A stretch of DNA of 64,000 nt, taken from assembly GCF_006345805.1 (NCBI RefSeq), contig NC_042998.1:48236001-48300000 (forward strand), in the 5' to 3' direction. A program made the translations under genes and the position numbers. A model generated the notes under the pieces. That model had not been told where the DNA came from, ran no database searches, and saw only the letters and a list, made by a program, of their open reading frames with translations. Positions 1-13,793 of this stretch are shown here, in pieces (positions within the stretch are counted from its first letter, which is position 1; each line of letters opens with the position of its first letter). This stretch comes from Octopus sinensis (Eukaryota).

Positions 1-119
1 AGATGATTCTTTTATGACTTCATTGCTTTCAGGCTTAGCTTAAGGTATTTTCACGCCTGACATCACAAAATGCGTCAGAATAAACATAGAGATTCAGACA
101 TGGCTTAGAAAATAATTTT

Positions 120-703
120 CAATTTTAACCTCATATATAGTATGCACTAGGGATTTTGACCCTTAAATTTTTGGGGAAAAATGAGGATTATACCCGAAGA
201 TTTATGGTAGATATCAGGAAATTTGTACTATAGAACTAAGGGCAGTCTTAAATAGATTGGAATCAAAATGGTTAAGTTCTGGTTAACAAAACTGCAAAGT
301 AAACTGAAGCATGCAGAATTATTGTTTCCTACACCAAAATGAAATGAAATACCTGCTGTGGAATATGAATTACCAGCCTATGAACAAGTAGTGTAATACA
401 TTATCTTCTGTGAACTTCCTTCTCATGGCAATGATTGAACATACTACCACCTGCTTTGTTCAACCTCTATCACCAACTCAGTTGTATCAACTCATTAGTT
501 CAGGTAGTACATATTTTCAGGCTTACAAGTTGATATAATATATAGTGTAAACATTCAAACATTGTCATTATCTTCCCAAATCCTGTTCCTGCATTTCACA
601 CGAAATTTTTCTCCAATCATCTTGGTGTATAAATCGACCTACTTATTTTTTGGCTATAAATTTTGGTCGGAAAAATTTGACTTGTATGCTAAAAAATATG
701 GTA
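120..703. mobile_element. Two probable pogo/Tigger-like terminal remnants
   Basis: Two segments end in tatacccgaagatttatggta (~209) and tatgctaaaaaatatggta (~703), resembling the ...AAAATACGGTA termini of pogo-like elements. Confidence 0.35.
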
Positions 704-839
704 CATATATATACTCTCTCTCTTCATTTTTTGTAAATCACTCATTCTCATTTAATTGTATATATTTTAATTGTTTGTTTTTTGTCTGTCCTCGTATCGT
801 CCCCTCTTTTTCTCAACCTTATGGTGAATAAAAAAATTT

Positions 840-880
<41 letters not shown>

Positions 881-910
881 TACACACAATATAAAAAAAG
901 TATCTCTTAC

Positions 911-949
911 CCCTGCAGCAAAACCTAAACTGCCATCAAGAATTTTTCG
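911..949 (-). CDS. slc39a11: Zinc transporter ZIP11, second coding exon (39 nt, RKILDGSLGFAAG)
   Basis: Minus strand reads ttttttcag|CGA AAA ATT CTT GAT GGC AGT TTA GGT TTT GCT GCA GGG|gtaaga. Canonical AG/GT, phase 0/0. Continues exon 1 in frame and matches the ZIP11 motif GQRRILDGSLGFAAG. Confidence 0.93.
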
Positions 950-1984
950 CTGAAAAAAATAGAAAAAAAAATTTTTAATGATGAATATAGCAATTAATAA
1001 TTATCAAACGATCAAAGAAAAACGAAGAAAAACAATCAAAAGCAATCATTAAACTTTTGAAAAAGTAAGAAGACATGACACAAGTTCAAGAATATTGATT
1101 TTTAATTTTTATTTATTTTCTAATGCCACATGGTCTCAGATTTATAATGGCTAATGGGGTGTGATGTGATGGTCTCCATTTAGATTAGAGATATGAGAGA
1201 AGTGAATTAGTTTCTATTTGGAACTGGAATATGGCTGCAGACTAGACAGGTGAGGTAGGGTAGGATCTCATTTCTTCTGATGAAGCAAAGAAACCTCAGC
1301 TTTATTGCGAAGCAGGGAGCAAAGCATGTAACATATGCAGGGCTGGACTTATGTATGGGCCAATATGGATCTCCAGGTTTGGAGAGGACCCCTTCAACTC
1401 AGAGAAACCAAAAACTTGGAGTTAAATATTTAAAAATATATATTTACAGTAAGCAAATAAATACTTTGTAATTTTATTTTACTCATCTATTGACTTAGGG
1501 GCCCAACCAGGCCTAAATCAAGCCCTGCATATATGCCTTTCTCTGGGGCATTAGTAAATAGCACAAGTAAGATTAAATAGCATCAACTGGAATTTGAACA
1601 CTGATCATGGATTTCACTCATAAAAAGATTACCTATTATGGCATTTTTTGTTCCTCTCCGAAGAGATTTGAGGTGTAGAGGATACACTGTCTTACATAGA
1701 CATACAACAAAGCACCAGCACATGTTCTTACATTAACAAACATATTCACACACCTATACAAACATTTGAACATTTCAAAACATTTTTTTTTAAGGAGTGT
1801 GCTCGCTTAATTCACACACAAGCTGTCAACATTTTGACAGCTGACTGAAAGACCTCTTATAGCAAAGTGCCAATATCCCAGTAATTTAATAATAATAAAA
1901 ATAATAATAATGATGATGATAATAAAAATAATAATAATAATGATGATAATAATAATAATAATAATGATGATAATAATAATAATA

Positions 1985-2945
1985 ATCCTTTCTACTATAG
2001 GTACAAGGCCTGAAATTTGTGGGGAGGGGGAAAGTCAATCACACTGACCCTAGTATTTAACTGGTACTTAATTTACCAACCCCAAAACAATGAAAGGCAA
2101 AGTCAACCTCGGTGGAATTTGAGCCCAGAACATAAATATGGGTGAAGTACCGATAAGCATTTTGCCCAGCATACTAAAGATTCTGCCAGCTTGCTGCCTT
2201 ATACAATAACAATCCTTTCTATTATAGGCACAAGGCCTGAAATTTGTGGGAGGGAACAAGTTGATTACATCAACCCCAGTATTTGACTGGTACTTGATTT
2301 ATCAACCCCAAAAGAGTGAAAAGTAAAGATGACCTCAACGAAATTTGAATTCAGAATGTAAAGATGGGTGAAATACCACTAAGCATTTTACCTGGTGTGC
2401 TAATGATTCTGCCATCTCACTGACTTACACAATAATAATAATAATGATAATGATAATGATGATGAAGAAGAAGAAGAAGAAGAAGAAGAAGAAGAAGAAG
2501 AAGAAGAAGAAGAGAAGAAGAAGAAGAAGAAGAAGAAGAAGAAGAAGAAATCTTTTCTAGGCCTGAAATTTGTGGGGAAGTGGGCTAGTAGATTACATTA
2601 ATCCCAGGGCTCAACTAGAACTTTTTGTAATGACCACTAAAGAATGAAAGGCAAAGTCAGCCTGAGTAACATTTGAGTTAAGAATGTAACACTGGGGGAG
2701 AAATAACACAAGGCATTTTGTTTGGCATGGTAATAATTCTACAAACTGGCACATGGCCCGCAATTTTAGGGGAGTGGGTAAGTTGACTACATCAACCCCA
2801 TGGATTGACTGGTACTTTGTTTTATCGACCCTCTAAAGATGAAAAACAAAATCAGTCTCAGCAGAAATGAATTCAGAATGTAAGGTCAGAAAAATGCAGC
2901 CAAACATTTTGTCTGGTATGCTATAAGTTCTGCCAACTCACCACC
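1985..2945 (-). mobile_element. Degenerate tandem copies of SINE family B
   Basis: Match the family B consensus seen at 21205-21441, with many CpG>TpG/CpA changes. Confidence 0.75.
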
Positions 2946-2988
2946 TATTTTAGGCCCCAAGACAACAATTTTGAGGGTATGATGAAAC

Positions 2989-3565
2989 TATTTCCCCCCG
3001 TACTCGAGTGTTCTTGCCCAGGATATTAATCGTCTGAAGCCGTTCAGCGACGTGCAACCAAGGGAATACCCTCTATCAGGCATTTGCCATATTCTGAATG
3101 CCTTACTTCCCTGGGCATGGACACATTGAAACTCCGACGTCTGGCAGCTGACTTGGCAGACACCCATAAAATTATTAACCATCTTACAAACAATAACTCT
3201 GAGCACCTTTTCAAACTCCACCTGTCTAACAGCCGTGGACATGTTTACAAAGTCAGAAAACAGCACAGCTCCCATAACTTTCGGAAACATTTTTTCACGC
3301 TAAGAGTTGCTGAAGCATGGAACAAACTGCCGACATCAGTTGTTAGTTGTCGGAGTATTGCATCCTTCAAAACTTCCATGCTTCCTGAGATTCGCCAACA
3401 CTACACCTGATTTTCCCCCCTGCATACACACGCAAGCATGTATCTGACTCATACACTGTTCACTTTCCAGACATTTGTACATTACTGCATATACTTTATA
3501 TGTACTTTTTGTCAAGTTGTGGTGCACCTGAGCACTGTATACAATAATTTCATTATTATATTTTA
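2989..3565 (+). mobile_element. 5'-truncated CR1/L2-type LINE (RT C-terminus and 3'UTR)
   Basis: gttcagcgacgtgcaaccaag reads VQRRAT, followed by LRRLAADL, RGHVYK and RKHFFTLRVAEAWNKLP. Confidence 0.85.
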
Positions 3566-4089
3566 TTGGCCCTAAAAGGAGAAATGGTAAAATTAACCTC
3601 AGCAGGATTTGAAGGTCAGGATTTAAATGAAATAAATAATGGATAAAAGATGCCTACACTGCAACATTAGATGCCAGAGTGTGTGCATTGAAGGAATCGT
3701 ATTTATATGGGATATTAAACATGTGCATTATATATCCAAGTTTCCAACCAATTACCTAGATGTCAAAAGAGCACTACCACCATTGTTGTCCCACTCCCAC
3801 CGCCACCACCATTACAACCTTATAATCCTTGTGAATATATGTCTTTATAATATGTGCAGCTGGAATACACAATATATATTATATATATATATAATACTAC
3901 TTCAGAATGCAATGAATTATAAAAATTTGTCAACTCTCAAGTTGACTAAAAGAATTTGGATTTCAGAAATATTTGGCATATTTTCCTGTTTCCCAAAATT
4001 TGTAGAATGTGTTATTTTCTATTACAATTGATTGTTTTCTATTTGTAAATTTCCCTCTAAATATGTATATGTAAGTATATATATATTTG

Positions 4090-4131
<42 letters not shown>

Positions 4132-4233
4132 TCATGCACAGGAATGAGATATTAAAACTGCATGTATGCATCTCAGTTTGCATGTACATATGCAAACAAC
4201 CAATGCACAGTATGTGACACACACATGCACATA

Positions 4234-4633
4234 TCTTTATATATAAAAGTCAAGTTGTGTGTCTGTCTCCCACGATTTAGATTCCTAACTACTCCCACAT
4301 TTTGCGGTGCAGTTTAACCAAAACCAGGTATCTTATAGTCGTGATTCATATCGAGCCCTTCTGGGTATTAGCACGCATCTACGATGAGTCTACAATTTAA
4401 AAAAAAATTTACCATAATTTTTTTTCCATTTTAATGCATTTTTTTCGCTATTATATAAGGAAAGTAACTCTCTAAAAATGTCTATGATGAGTCAACGATT
4501 TAAAAAAAAATTTACCATAATTTTTTTTCCATTTTTAATGCATTTTTTTGCTATTTTTTGGCTATAACTCTCTAAAAATGCTTATATAGTTATTTCCCTT
4601 ACAAACCCGAGCAACGCCAGGCGATACTGCTAG
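4234..4633 (+). mobile_element. Non-autonomous Helitron
   Basis: Sits between A and T; 5' TCTTTATATATAAAAG; 3' GC-rich cccgagcaacgccaggcg followed by CTAG; no TSD; internal tandem duplication at ~4379-4575. Confidence 0.75.
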
Positions 4634-4839
4634 TAAACATATACAAATAAAGGTATATGGCTGTGTGTTTGAGATAATCATGTCTCAATCATGAGGTTTG
4701 AGGATCAGTTCCACTGATGGCATGTTGGATAACTGGATTTGGTAAAGGAAAACTGAAAGAAGCCTAGTATATGACCACTGAAAGCAAAGAAAGCAGACAG
4801 GAAAATATAATGATGAAGATTATATGCATGCGTGAATGT

Positions 4840-5323
4840 GTTTGTGTATGTACGCTTACATATATACATATGCATACACACATATAGACATACATATATA
4901 TATATATACATACACATATATATACATATAAATACACATATATATACATATAAATACACATATATATATACATATAAATACACATATATATATACACATA
5001 TATACATATATATATATACACATATATACATATAAATACACATATATATACATATAAATACACATATATATATACACATATATACATATATATATATATA
5101 CACATATATACATATATATATATATACACATATATACATATATATATATATACACATATATACATATATATACACATATATACATACATATATATACACA
5201 TACATATATATACACATATACACATACATATATATACACATATATATATATATATATATAATATATATATATATACATATATATATACATATATATATAC
5301 ATATACAAATATATACATATACA
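4840..5323. repeat. Degenerate (TA/CA) minisatellite
   Basis: Recurrent cacatatatatata / catataaata units; source of several spurious Y/I/V/C ORFs. Confidence 0.9.
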
Positions 5324-5324
5324 T

Positions 5325-6010
5325 CGCCTTTCCTCCCTTGGACACAAAGACCTGTTGAGGCAAGCGAAGTCGATATAGAACCTCATCCGACGACAGGCAC
5401 CCATGCCAACCCCCTCTGCTTGCGAAGACATGTTGGGGCCAGCGAAATCGAAATCGAAACCGAATTGAACCAGCCAGGATCCCTGGTCTGGTGGTACGTA
5501 AAAAGCACTATCCGACTCGTGGCCGATGCCAGCGCCGCTTCGACTGGTTTCCGTGCCGGTGGCACGTAAAATACTCCAATCCGACTGTATGACAGGCACC
5601 CATGCCAACCCCCTTTGCTTGTGAAGACATGTTGGGGCAAGCGAAATCGAAATCGAATTGAACCAGCCAGGATCCCTGGTCTGGTGGTACGTAAAAAGCA
5701 CTATCCGACTCGTGGCCGATGCCAGCACCGCCTCGACTGGCTTCCGTGCCGGTGGCACATAAAATACACCAATCCGACCGTGGCCGTTGCCAGCCTCACC
5801 TGGCACCTGTGCAGGTGGCACGTAAAAAGCACCCACTACACTCACGGAGTGGTTGGCGTTAGGAAGGGCATCCAGCTGTAGAAACATTGCCAGATTAGAC
5901 TGGAGCCTGGTGCAGCCTTCTGGCTTCCCAGATCCCCGGTCGAACCGTCCAACCCATGCTAGCATGGAGAACGGACGTTAAACGATGATGATGATGATGA
6001 TGATGATGAT
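5325..6010 (+). mobile_element. Retroposon family D with RTE-like 3' end and internal ~199-bp tandem duplication
   Basis: Ends ...ggacgttaaac(gat)n. Duplicated units start at 5392 and 5591. Related copies at ~7690-7830 (+), ~10510-10900 (-) and ~16780-17065 (-). Confidence 0.7.
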
Positions 6011-6029
6011 ATATATATATATATATATC

Positions 6030-6355
6030 TTTTTGGATCAATTTCCAGTCTGCTTTGTGGAAGTTCAGATTGGAGAGATTTCAGGTGCTTCCTTTAAGCT
6101 GTATGTCTCTGGCTACTTTTGGCCCAACATAGACAGCTCTATTATGTTGTGATCCGAGACTAATGTCGGCGTCACTTTCACATCATGAACGACGTCCATA
6201 TTGTTTGAGAACCAGAGATCCAAAATTTATTTGCCCTAGTTGGTCTAAGTACAACTTGCTCCATTAATAGGGCATTGACGAGGTTGAGCAGGAACTCCAC
6301 CTGTGCTTGTTTGCAATGAGTCATTCCTGAGAGCATGAGGCCATCAGGCCGACTC
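6030..6355 (-). mobile_element. LINE endonuclease fragment (CR1/L2/Jockey-like)
   Basis: Minus-strand frameshifted translation contains EQVVLRPTR, VSDHNIIEL and NLNFHKADWKLI. Confidence 0.65.
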
Positions 6356-6579
6356 AGCTAACCAAAAAGTTAACTTCGCTAACTGCTCATCCCCTAACTA
6401 AAAAATGAACTCTGCAAATGCTATACCACTAAACAGGTAAAAGAATTAGCGGAAGCTAATGCTAACAGATAACCACTAACTTTTATCATATGAATTTAAC
6501 TTCAGTTTCATTCCTGGCCTTAAAACCCTTAAAAACAAATCTAGAGAGCTGAAATTTTCATGTTGTAGCTAAGACATAA

Positions 6580-6995
6580 GGCGCAGGAGTGGCTGTGTGG
6601 TAAGTAGCTTGCTTACCAACCACATGGTTCTGGGTTCAGTCCCACAGCGTGGTACCTTGGGCAAGTGTCTTCTACTATAACCTCGGGCCGACCAATGCCT
6701 TGTGAGTGGATTTGGTAGACGGAAACTGAAAGAAGCCTGTCGTATATATGTATATATATATATGTATGTGTGTGTGTATGTTTGTGTGTCTGTGTTTGTC
6801 CCCCTAGCATTGCTTGACAACCGATGCTGGTGTGTTTGCGTCCCCGTAACTTAGCGGTTCGGCAAAAGAGACCGATAGAATAAGTACTGGGCTTACAAAG
6901 AATAAGTCCCGGGGTCGAGTTGCTCGATTAAAGGCGGTGCTCCAGCATGGCCGCAGTCAAATGACTGAAACAAGTAAAAGAGTAAAGAATAAGAG
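6580..6995 (+). mobile_element. tRNA-derived SINE family A (internal TA/TG microsatellite)
   Basis: A/B-box-like head (tggctgtgtggtaag...gggttcagtcccac), internal microsatellite, tail caagtaaaagagta. Further copies at ~8605, 11918-12326 (-), 13550-14005, 18085-18450, 19075-19490 (-), 20028-20425 (-), 31480-31820 and 36893-37385. Confidence 0.85.
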
Positions 6996-7189
6996 TATAA
7001 AGCTTTCCAAAAAAATATAGCATACCAAGATCAGATGATGATCAAGGTGTATGCAAATAATTAAATGAACAAATAAAATTTAAAAATTAGTTTTTCAGTC
7101 AACATACACTTTATTTACTGTACAAAATGTATTAAACAAACCAAAAAGGTATAGTATAGCATAGGTATCATGCCAAGATCAGATGATCA

Positions 7190-7720
7190 AGGCTAGGCCT
7201 TCTCCAGCACCTCGACATGATGCTGGTTGCCCTTCATAAATATCAGCCTCTCAAAGTTACAATCTGACAGGGTGGCTCACTTGGCCCTCAAAATATCTTT
7301 GCCTATAGAGGCACTCAACTGCAGTACTAGATGGGATGGTGGTGTTATACTTGATGAACAGGTCGATCAAAACCTTTTCACTCAAAATGGTGACTTCAGT
7401 CAGGGCCTTCTTCGTGATGGCCTCCAGCTAAGTCCAAGTTCTGCGCTTTGAACTTCAGTGACCTGTGACTCCTGCTCTCCCAGAACCAAGTGATGTTGCT
7501 TAAGAAATCATCTTTCTCATCCTCACTGCTGGTGGTGCTACTGCCTTCCTAATTGGTCTCCATTAGAACTGCCTCTACAATGGTCTCCATGGCATTCGTT
7601 ACTCTGCTATTTACTTAGACTGGTATGTCTTTTGAAGCACAGCAAACTGCCAGGAGTCTCGCTCCCCTGTCATCCCCTCTGTGAGTCCCAATGTTTGTAG
7701 ATCCTTTCTCATCACTTTAT
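7190..7720 (-). mobile_element. hAT transposase C-terminal (dimerisation domain) fragment
   Basis: DLFIKYNTTIPSSTAVECL / IGKDILRAK*ATLSDCNFERLIFMKGN, with a frameshift and a stop. Confidence 0.75.
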
Positions 7721-8228
7721 ATATAGCAATCAGTAAAGTCAGGTGCACTCCTTTGGATTACCAGCACCTGTGAAACCATCAAACCCATGCCAGCATGGGA
7801 AACAAGCATTAAATGATGATGGTGATGATGATTATATATATATATATATAAATACAAAATGGGACAAGAATGCAAAACATCCAGAAGACAAATCAAAAAA
7901 CATGGATGGCTCATTCGAAGCCTTCAATCTTCAGTCAAGAACCAGATCATCCTCGCAATTTCAGCTGATTAATCTTGAGATTGCTCCAATCTGGCCAGCC
8001 CCAAAGAAAAACTAAGCTAGGAGCATTAGATTCCTTGGAAAAAAGCTTCAAATGTATACGAAACAAGGATGGAAAAATGGATAATGTTACACGAATATAA
8101 ATACAAAAATAATACAAAAAAATAACAATAATAATAATAATAACAGGACATCACAACAGGCGTCTTTCGACTGGAGACAAATTGCATTCAGCTGGCATAT
8201 CATCATCATATATACACACAGAGATACA

Positions 8229-8265
<37 letters not shown>

Positions 8266-9229
8266 TCACATACAGACACATATACATGCATGTATAAATT
8301 CATGTATATACATGATCTAGATGTACATTCTCTGGATTCTGAGTCAATTTCCATGATTAGTATTACAATTGTTCAATCAAATGAACTACCCACTCATTAA
8401 ATTATAAATGTTGTGGCCAAGCATTTTACAAACAAGTGTATGGATTGTCCCTAAATGTACCTGTCAGTCAGAATCACCATGACACTGTGTATGACAGGAC
8501 TAAGTTCTTTCAATTGCAGGTTATGTTCATCTGATAGTCTTCCATGCACTTACTGTCTTATCCAGTTTCATCAACAATCATCATCATCATCATCATCATC
8601 ATCAGATGTGGTTGTGTGGATAAGAAGCTTGCTTCCTTACCATGTGATCTTCAGTTTGGTCTCACTTTGTGACACCTTGGGCTCATGTCTTCTACTATAG
8701 CCGCAATTACATCAAAGCCTTGTGAGTGGATTTAGTAAATGGAAACTGAAAGAGGCTTACTACGTGTGTGTGTGTGTGCATGCATGTTTATGTGTGTGTG
8801 TGTGCACGTGCCTTTGTGTTGTATTTGTTGTCTATCACCACTTGACGGCTGGTACTGGTTTGTTTACATCCCCATAACTTACTGATTCAGCAAAAGAGAG
8901 TGGTAAAAATACATTTCGCACAATACTGGCACTAGTGAGGTCATCAAATAACGTGTAAGACAAGACTCCTCAAATGAGTCAGAGAGCAATATCGAGGAAC
9001 TTGGCTTTATGCCATATGATGAGAGATTAAAGTATGATAGAGGGACAGGAACAGGTGCCTTGATGTAAAGGGAGATACATGGTTGCCCCAGGTGGAAGAG
9101 AAACAAGATGGTGGTGTAGGTGTGTCAGAATATATCCTCAAGTTACAGGAAATTGAATAAGTGGAATGGCAGGTATTGGGCTGCAGGTGTGGGAAGGAAG
9201 AGATAAGCATAGTGCATGAAGATACAGAA

Positions 9230-9270
<41 letters not shown>

Positions 9271-9399
9271 CAAAACGCCCCCCCCCCCCCGTCCAATGGA
9301 CAGTGTTGAATTGCCAAACATTTAAACCAAATTTTCTCAAAACAACTTGTCTGACCGACCCATAGGATTCGCCCATGAGAAACACTGATTTAACCTAAA

Positions 9400-9729
9400 T
9401 TTGAGATGCCAGCAAAAGAAGAAATAAAGTTAGACTTTTTTTCTATTCCAAAGAAAAACGATTTTATTCACACAAATATGCAACCGAAGAGTTTAAAGTA
9501 CCAGTTAGTACATCACAACAGCTGATGTACTTACACGTACAAATGCACGTTCCCACGGCTTTATTGATCGCATTCTCATCTGGAATCATTTTTGTAATTT
9601 TTTCAAGACTTATATACGCCCTGATACCGTTGATATCTACATATCAAATTTGAACGCAATCGGATGGAGGATGCCCGAGATCCTAGAAGACACACACACA
9701 GACTGACAGAATGGATTTTATATAATAGA
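9400..9729 (-). mobile_element. Possible non-autonomous Helitron-like element (5' part)
   Basis: Minus strand begins TCTATTATATAAAA, then (TG/TCTG)n and tccatccgattgcgttcaaatttg. A similar layout occurs at ~47755-47880 (+). 3' end not identified. Confidence 0.4.
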
Positions 9730-10249
9730 TATATATATCTGTGTATAATTTAAAATTAAAATCAAAACGAGGGTGAAAAATTGGATATTAATTTGATAAC
9801 ATCAATTTTAACACCAGTGGTCTAGCGTATAATAAACTGAGATTCAATATCTGTGTATATATATATATATATATATACAGATCTCTCTCTCTCTCTCTCA
9901 CTGGCAGGGCGACCAAGTAACTAGTAAGACAAAGATCCTTTGAGAAGGAAGGGGCACTGAAGGAGGTGATCTTGTGTCCATTAATCCAAGCCATGCCAGT
10001 ATGGAAAAATAGGTCATAAGAACGATGATAATTTAGCACAGAAATATAGAAGCCTATAGGTGCAGGCATGGTTGAGTGGTTAAGTGATTACGAAATTCAC
10101 TTCGCAACCAGGTGATTTCAGTTTCAGTCCCATTGCACAGCACTTTGGGTAAGTGTCTTCTACTACAGCCCCAGACCAACTAATGCCTTATGAGTGAATT
10201 TCAAAGAGGGAACCTGTGCAGAAGCCTGTCAGAGACTGTGTGTGTCAAA

Positions 10250-10437
10250 GAGTTCATTAGCTCCAGAACTCCAGATTTTTATGTTACTGGAATAAACAAA
10301 CTTGTAACTCATTGGCAAAAAAATGTGTTGATTGTAATGGTACTTACTTTGATGAATAAAATTTCCACATTATTGAAATATATTGTGACGAATTTCATGT
10401 TTCAAAACGTTGCTTACTTTTTACTCAGGCTGATATC
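10250..10437 (+). mobile_element. Mariner transposase 3' remnant
   Basis: FISSRTPDFYVTGINKLVTHWQK and (frameshifted) CVDCNGTYFDE*, typical of a mariner C-terminus. Confidence 0.7.
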
Positions 10438-11510
10438 AGAATGTGAGTATGTGTGAATAGGTTTACTCAGATTAAAATATGGACATACACAACTGTTTCA
10501 ACATAATCATCATCATCATTTAACATCAGTTGTCCATGCTGGCACGGGTTGGACGGTTTGACTGGGCTGGCATGCTGGAAGGCTGCACCAGGATCCAGTC
10601 TGATTTAGTATGGTTTTCCATGGCTGGATGCCCTTCCTAACGCCAACCATTCTGGGAGTGTAATTGATGCTTTTACATCTGCTTTCCATGGGTTGGAAGG
10701 TCTGACATGGAGTGGGCTAGCAGGGAGCCATCCAGATTCCAGCTGTCTGTTAAGGTATGGTTTCTATGGCTGGATGCCCTTCCTAGCACCAACCACTTAA
10801 CAGAATGTGCTGGGTGCTTTTTACATGCCACTGGCATGGTTGCATTAACACAGCTCCAACACTTTTCAAGTAGCACCCACACCTGAAAGGATTTTACTTA
10901 GCTTGATGTGTCTTAATAAGTACAGCAGATTGTCACATCTCCTGGTCCGTTGTCATTTCCTCAATGAGGCCCAGAGTCTGAATATATAACAAATATGTCA
11001 AGGTAATTCATTTGATATAATTATGTATCTGTTTTGCAAGATTCTTGATGTGAAATCATGTGTTGAAACAGATGTTATATTTAGGTATAGTAGGCAGCAA
11101 GAAGGCAGAATCGTTAGCAGACCAGGTGAAATGCTTAGCGGTATTTCGTCTGCTGCTGAGTTCGAATTCTGTCAAGGTCAACTTTGCCGTTTGTCTTTTC
11201 AGAGTTGATAAATTAACCCTTTCATTACTGTATTTAATTTGAGATGCTCTGTGTTTCTTTCAATTACTTAAAATATAACAAAGAATTTAGTAAAATAACT
11301 TAGTTATCATTCAGCATGTGTTAGGAACATAAATTGTGACTAAAGTTTGGTTGAAGATTTTAATTCAAAACTTATGAAAACAAGACATTTGTACTCAGAG
11401 CCAGAGCTGGTTTCAGCCAGGTTGGTAACAAAAGAGTTAAATACCAGTTGATCACTGAGGTTGATCCCTTCTCCCCAAATGGCTGCCCTTGTGGAAAAAT
11501 TTGAAACCAT

Positions 11511-11688
11511 TATATTTAGGGATGGTCATTTTTTTTCATTGCGGAGACATGTGGTACAGAAAGTCATTGAAGAAGTCACAGAATGTGTGATGAGAAAAAC
11601 TCTAATAATGATATTAACAAAGCTGAAGTGAAGATAAAATAAACAGTGTGTATTTTTAACTGGCCAAAGATGACCATCCCCAAATATA
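11511..11688. mobile_element. Small MITE-like element
   Basis: 19-bp inverted ends, tatatttagggatggtcat and atgaccatccccaaatata (1 mismatch), TA-flanked. Confidence 0.5.
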
Positions 11689-13716
11689 ACAATTTATTTG
11701 ACTTTTATCATTACATAAAAAATGTTAAATCATATGACTTTTAGACTGTAGTTTCTAAAGCTTGTGTATCTATCATTAATCATTCATAGAAACTAAAGTA
11801 GCTTCACACTTACTGCAAGCTTCTGGTAAAGTGTCATAGAATCTTTTTTTTTCTACCAATCTAACCAAAATACAGTCACTTTAACCTTTTTTTTTTACCA
11901 TATTTCTGTTGAAACATACTCTTTACTCTTTTACTCTTTTACCTGTTACAGTCATTTGACTGTGGCCATGCTGGAGCACCATCTTTTAGTCGAGTAAATC
12001 GACCCCAGGACTTATTCTTATGTAATCCCAGTACTTATTCTATCGGTGTCTTTTGCCGAACCGCTAAGTCACGGGGACGCAAACACACCAGCATCGGTTG
12101 TCAAGCGATGTTGGGGGGACAAACACAGACACACAAACATACACACACACACATATATATATATATACGACAGGCTTCTTTCATTTTCCGTCTACCAAAT
12201 CCACTCACAAGGTATTGGTCAGCCTGAGGCTATAGCAGAAGACACTTGCCCAAGATGCCACACAGTGGGACTGAACCCAGAACCATGTGGTTGGTAAGCC
12301 AGCTACTTACTACACCGCCACTCCTGGCTTTGTTTTAATTAATTTTGAAAATAATGAACAAATTAGTAAAATAACTTTGTCATTATTTCAGACAGGTTTG
12401 TATCAAAAGGGTTTAAACTATTTTCTTTATTCTCCTCATTATTTTATTGACTTGTTCTTTTGGTTATATAAAAATAGATTCAATCTCTGAAGTACAATTT
12501 TTTAATGAATTTTACAACTTGCGTCTGAGAATGTGACCTGTCCATTATTGTTTGTAACACCGTAGGAAAGGTTTGCAATATCCTAATTCACAGCTTAGTC
12601 CAAACAATTAACTAGTGTGTCTTCTTTTGTGAATCACTATGAAAGACAGCATGTTACAGTTGGAGTGAAAATCTCAGCATTTTTATGTGTTCTCAAACAA
12701 AACATGTATATTGCCATTCTTATTCTAACTGTGATTTGTTTAAAATAGCAGTCAAATCTCACCCACACTCTTAAACAAAGGGAATGAGCTATCTTGCTTA
12801 AGTCTTTTGTTATCTAATTTCTGTTGAAATATATCACCTTTATTTCAATTACTTTAGAAAATAATACAGAATTTAGTAAGATAACTCTGTCATTATTAAC
12901 TCTTTAGCACTCAGAATACTCTGTCAGATAAATAATGCTTATTTGTTCATATTGCTTTGAATCAATCATGCATTATCTCAGAGCTTTGAGATTTTGATGT
13001 GATTGCTTGCCTTTAAAATAAACATTATAGAGTAGATATAAGAGGCCAGATCTGACCAGTTTGAGCATAAAAGAGGTAGATATATTTAGATTGAGTATAA
13101 CCTTTTTTAAATGCCAGAGGGTTAAGCTGGTGTTTGGAACAAAAGTTGACATGTTATGTTGGCGGAAGGGTTTAAATTAGATCACTTTAAAACAAGAAGT
13201 TTGTAACATAGAACTAGGAGCAGAATGAAGTGGGTTGGTATAAAAAGGGTTAAAATGAGATGATTATTGATTTTGTTCATGCTCTTGGTTTCAATATTCA
13301 ATAGCTATGAGAACAAGCTTGCAATATTTCACTTGTGAACTGGAATGAAACATCAAGAAGCACAACTTACCATAGAAAATCTACCACAGCGAACTCTTTT
13401 CAATTCATGCATGCATGGAAAAGTGGACACCAAAACCATGAAGATGATAATGACAATACACATACATACAAACATAAATACATATGATTGACTGACAGAC
13501 AGACAGAGAAATATAGATTTATGCACAAAAACATATATTATACACATACAGGTGCACAATTGGCTGTGTGGTAAGTAGCTTGCTTACCAACCACATGGTT
13601 CCAGGTTCATTCCCACTGCATGGCACCTTGGACAAGTGTCTTCTACTATAGCCTCGGGCCGACCAAAGCCTTGTGAGGAGTGGGTTTGGTAGATGGAAAC
13701 TGAAAGAAGCCTGTCG

Positions 13717-13793
<77 letters not shown>

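Noticed and set aside
4856-5965. 369-aa ORF, the longest in the track
   Set aside because: Reads through a retroposon in antisense and a TA/CA minisatellite; no splice or domain support.
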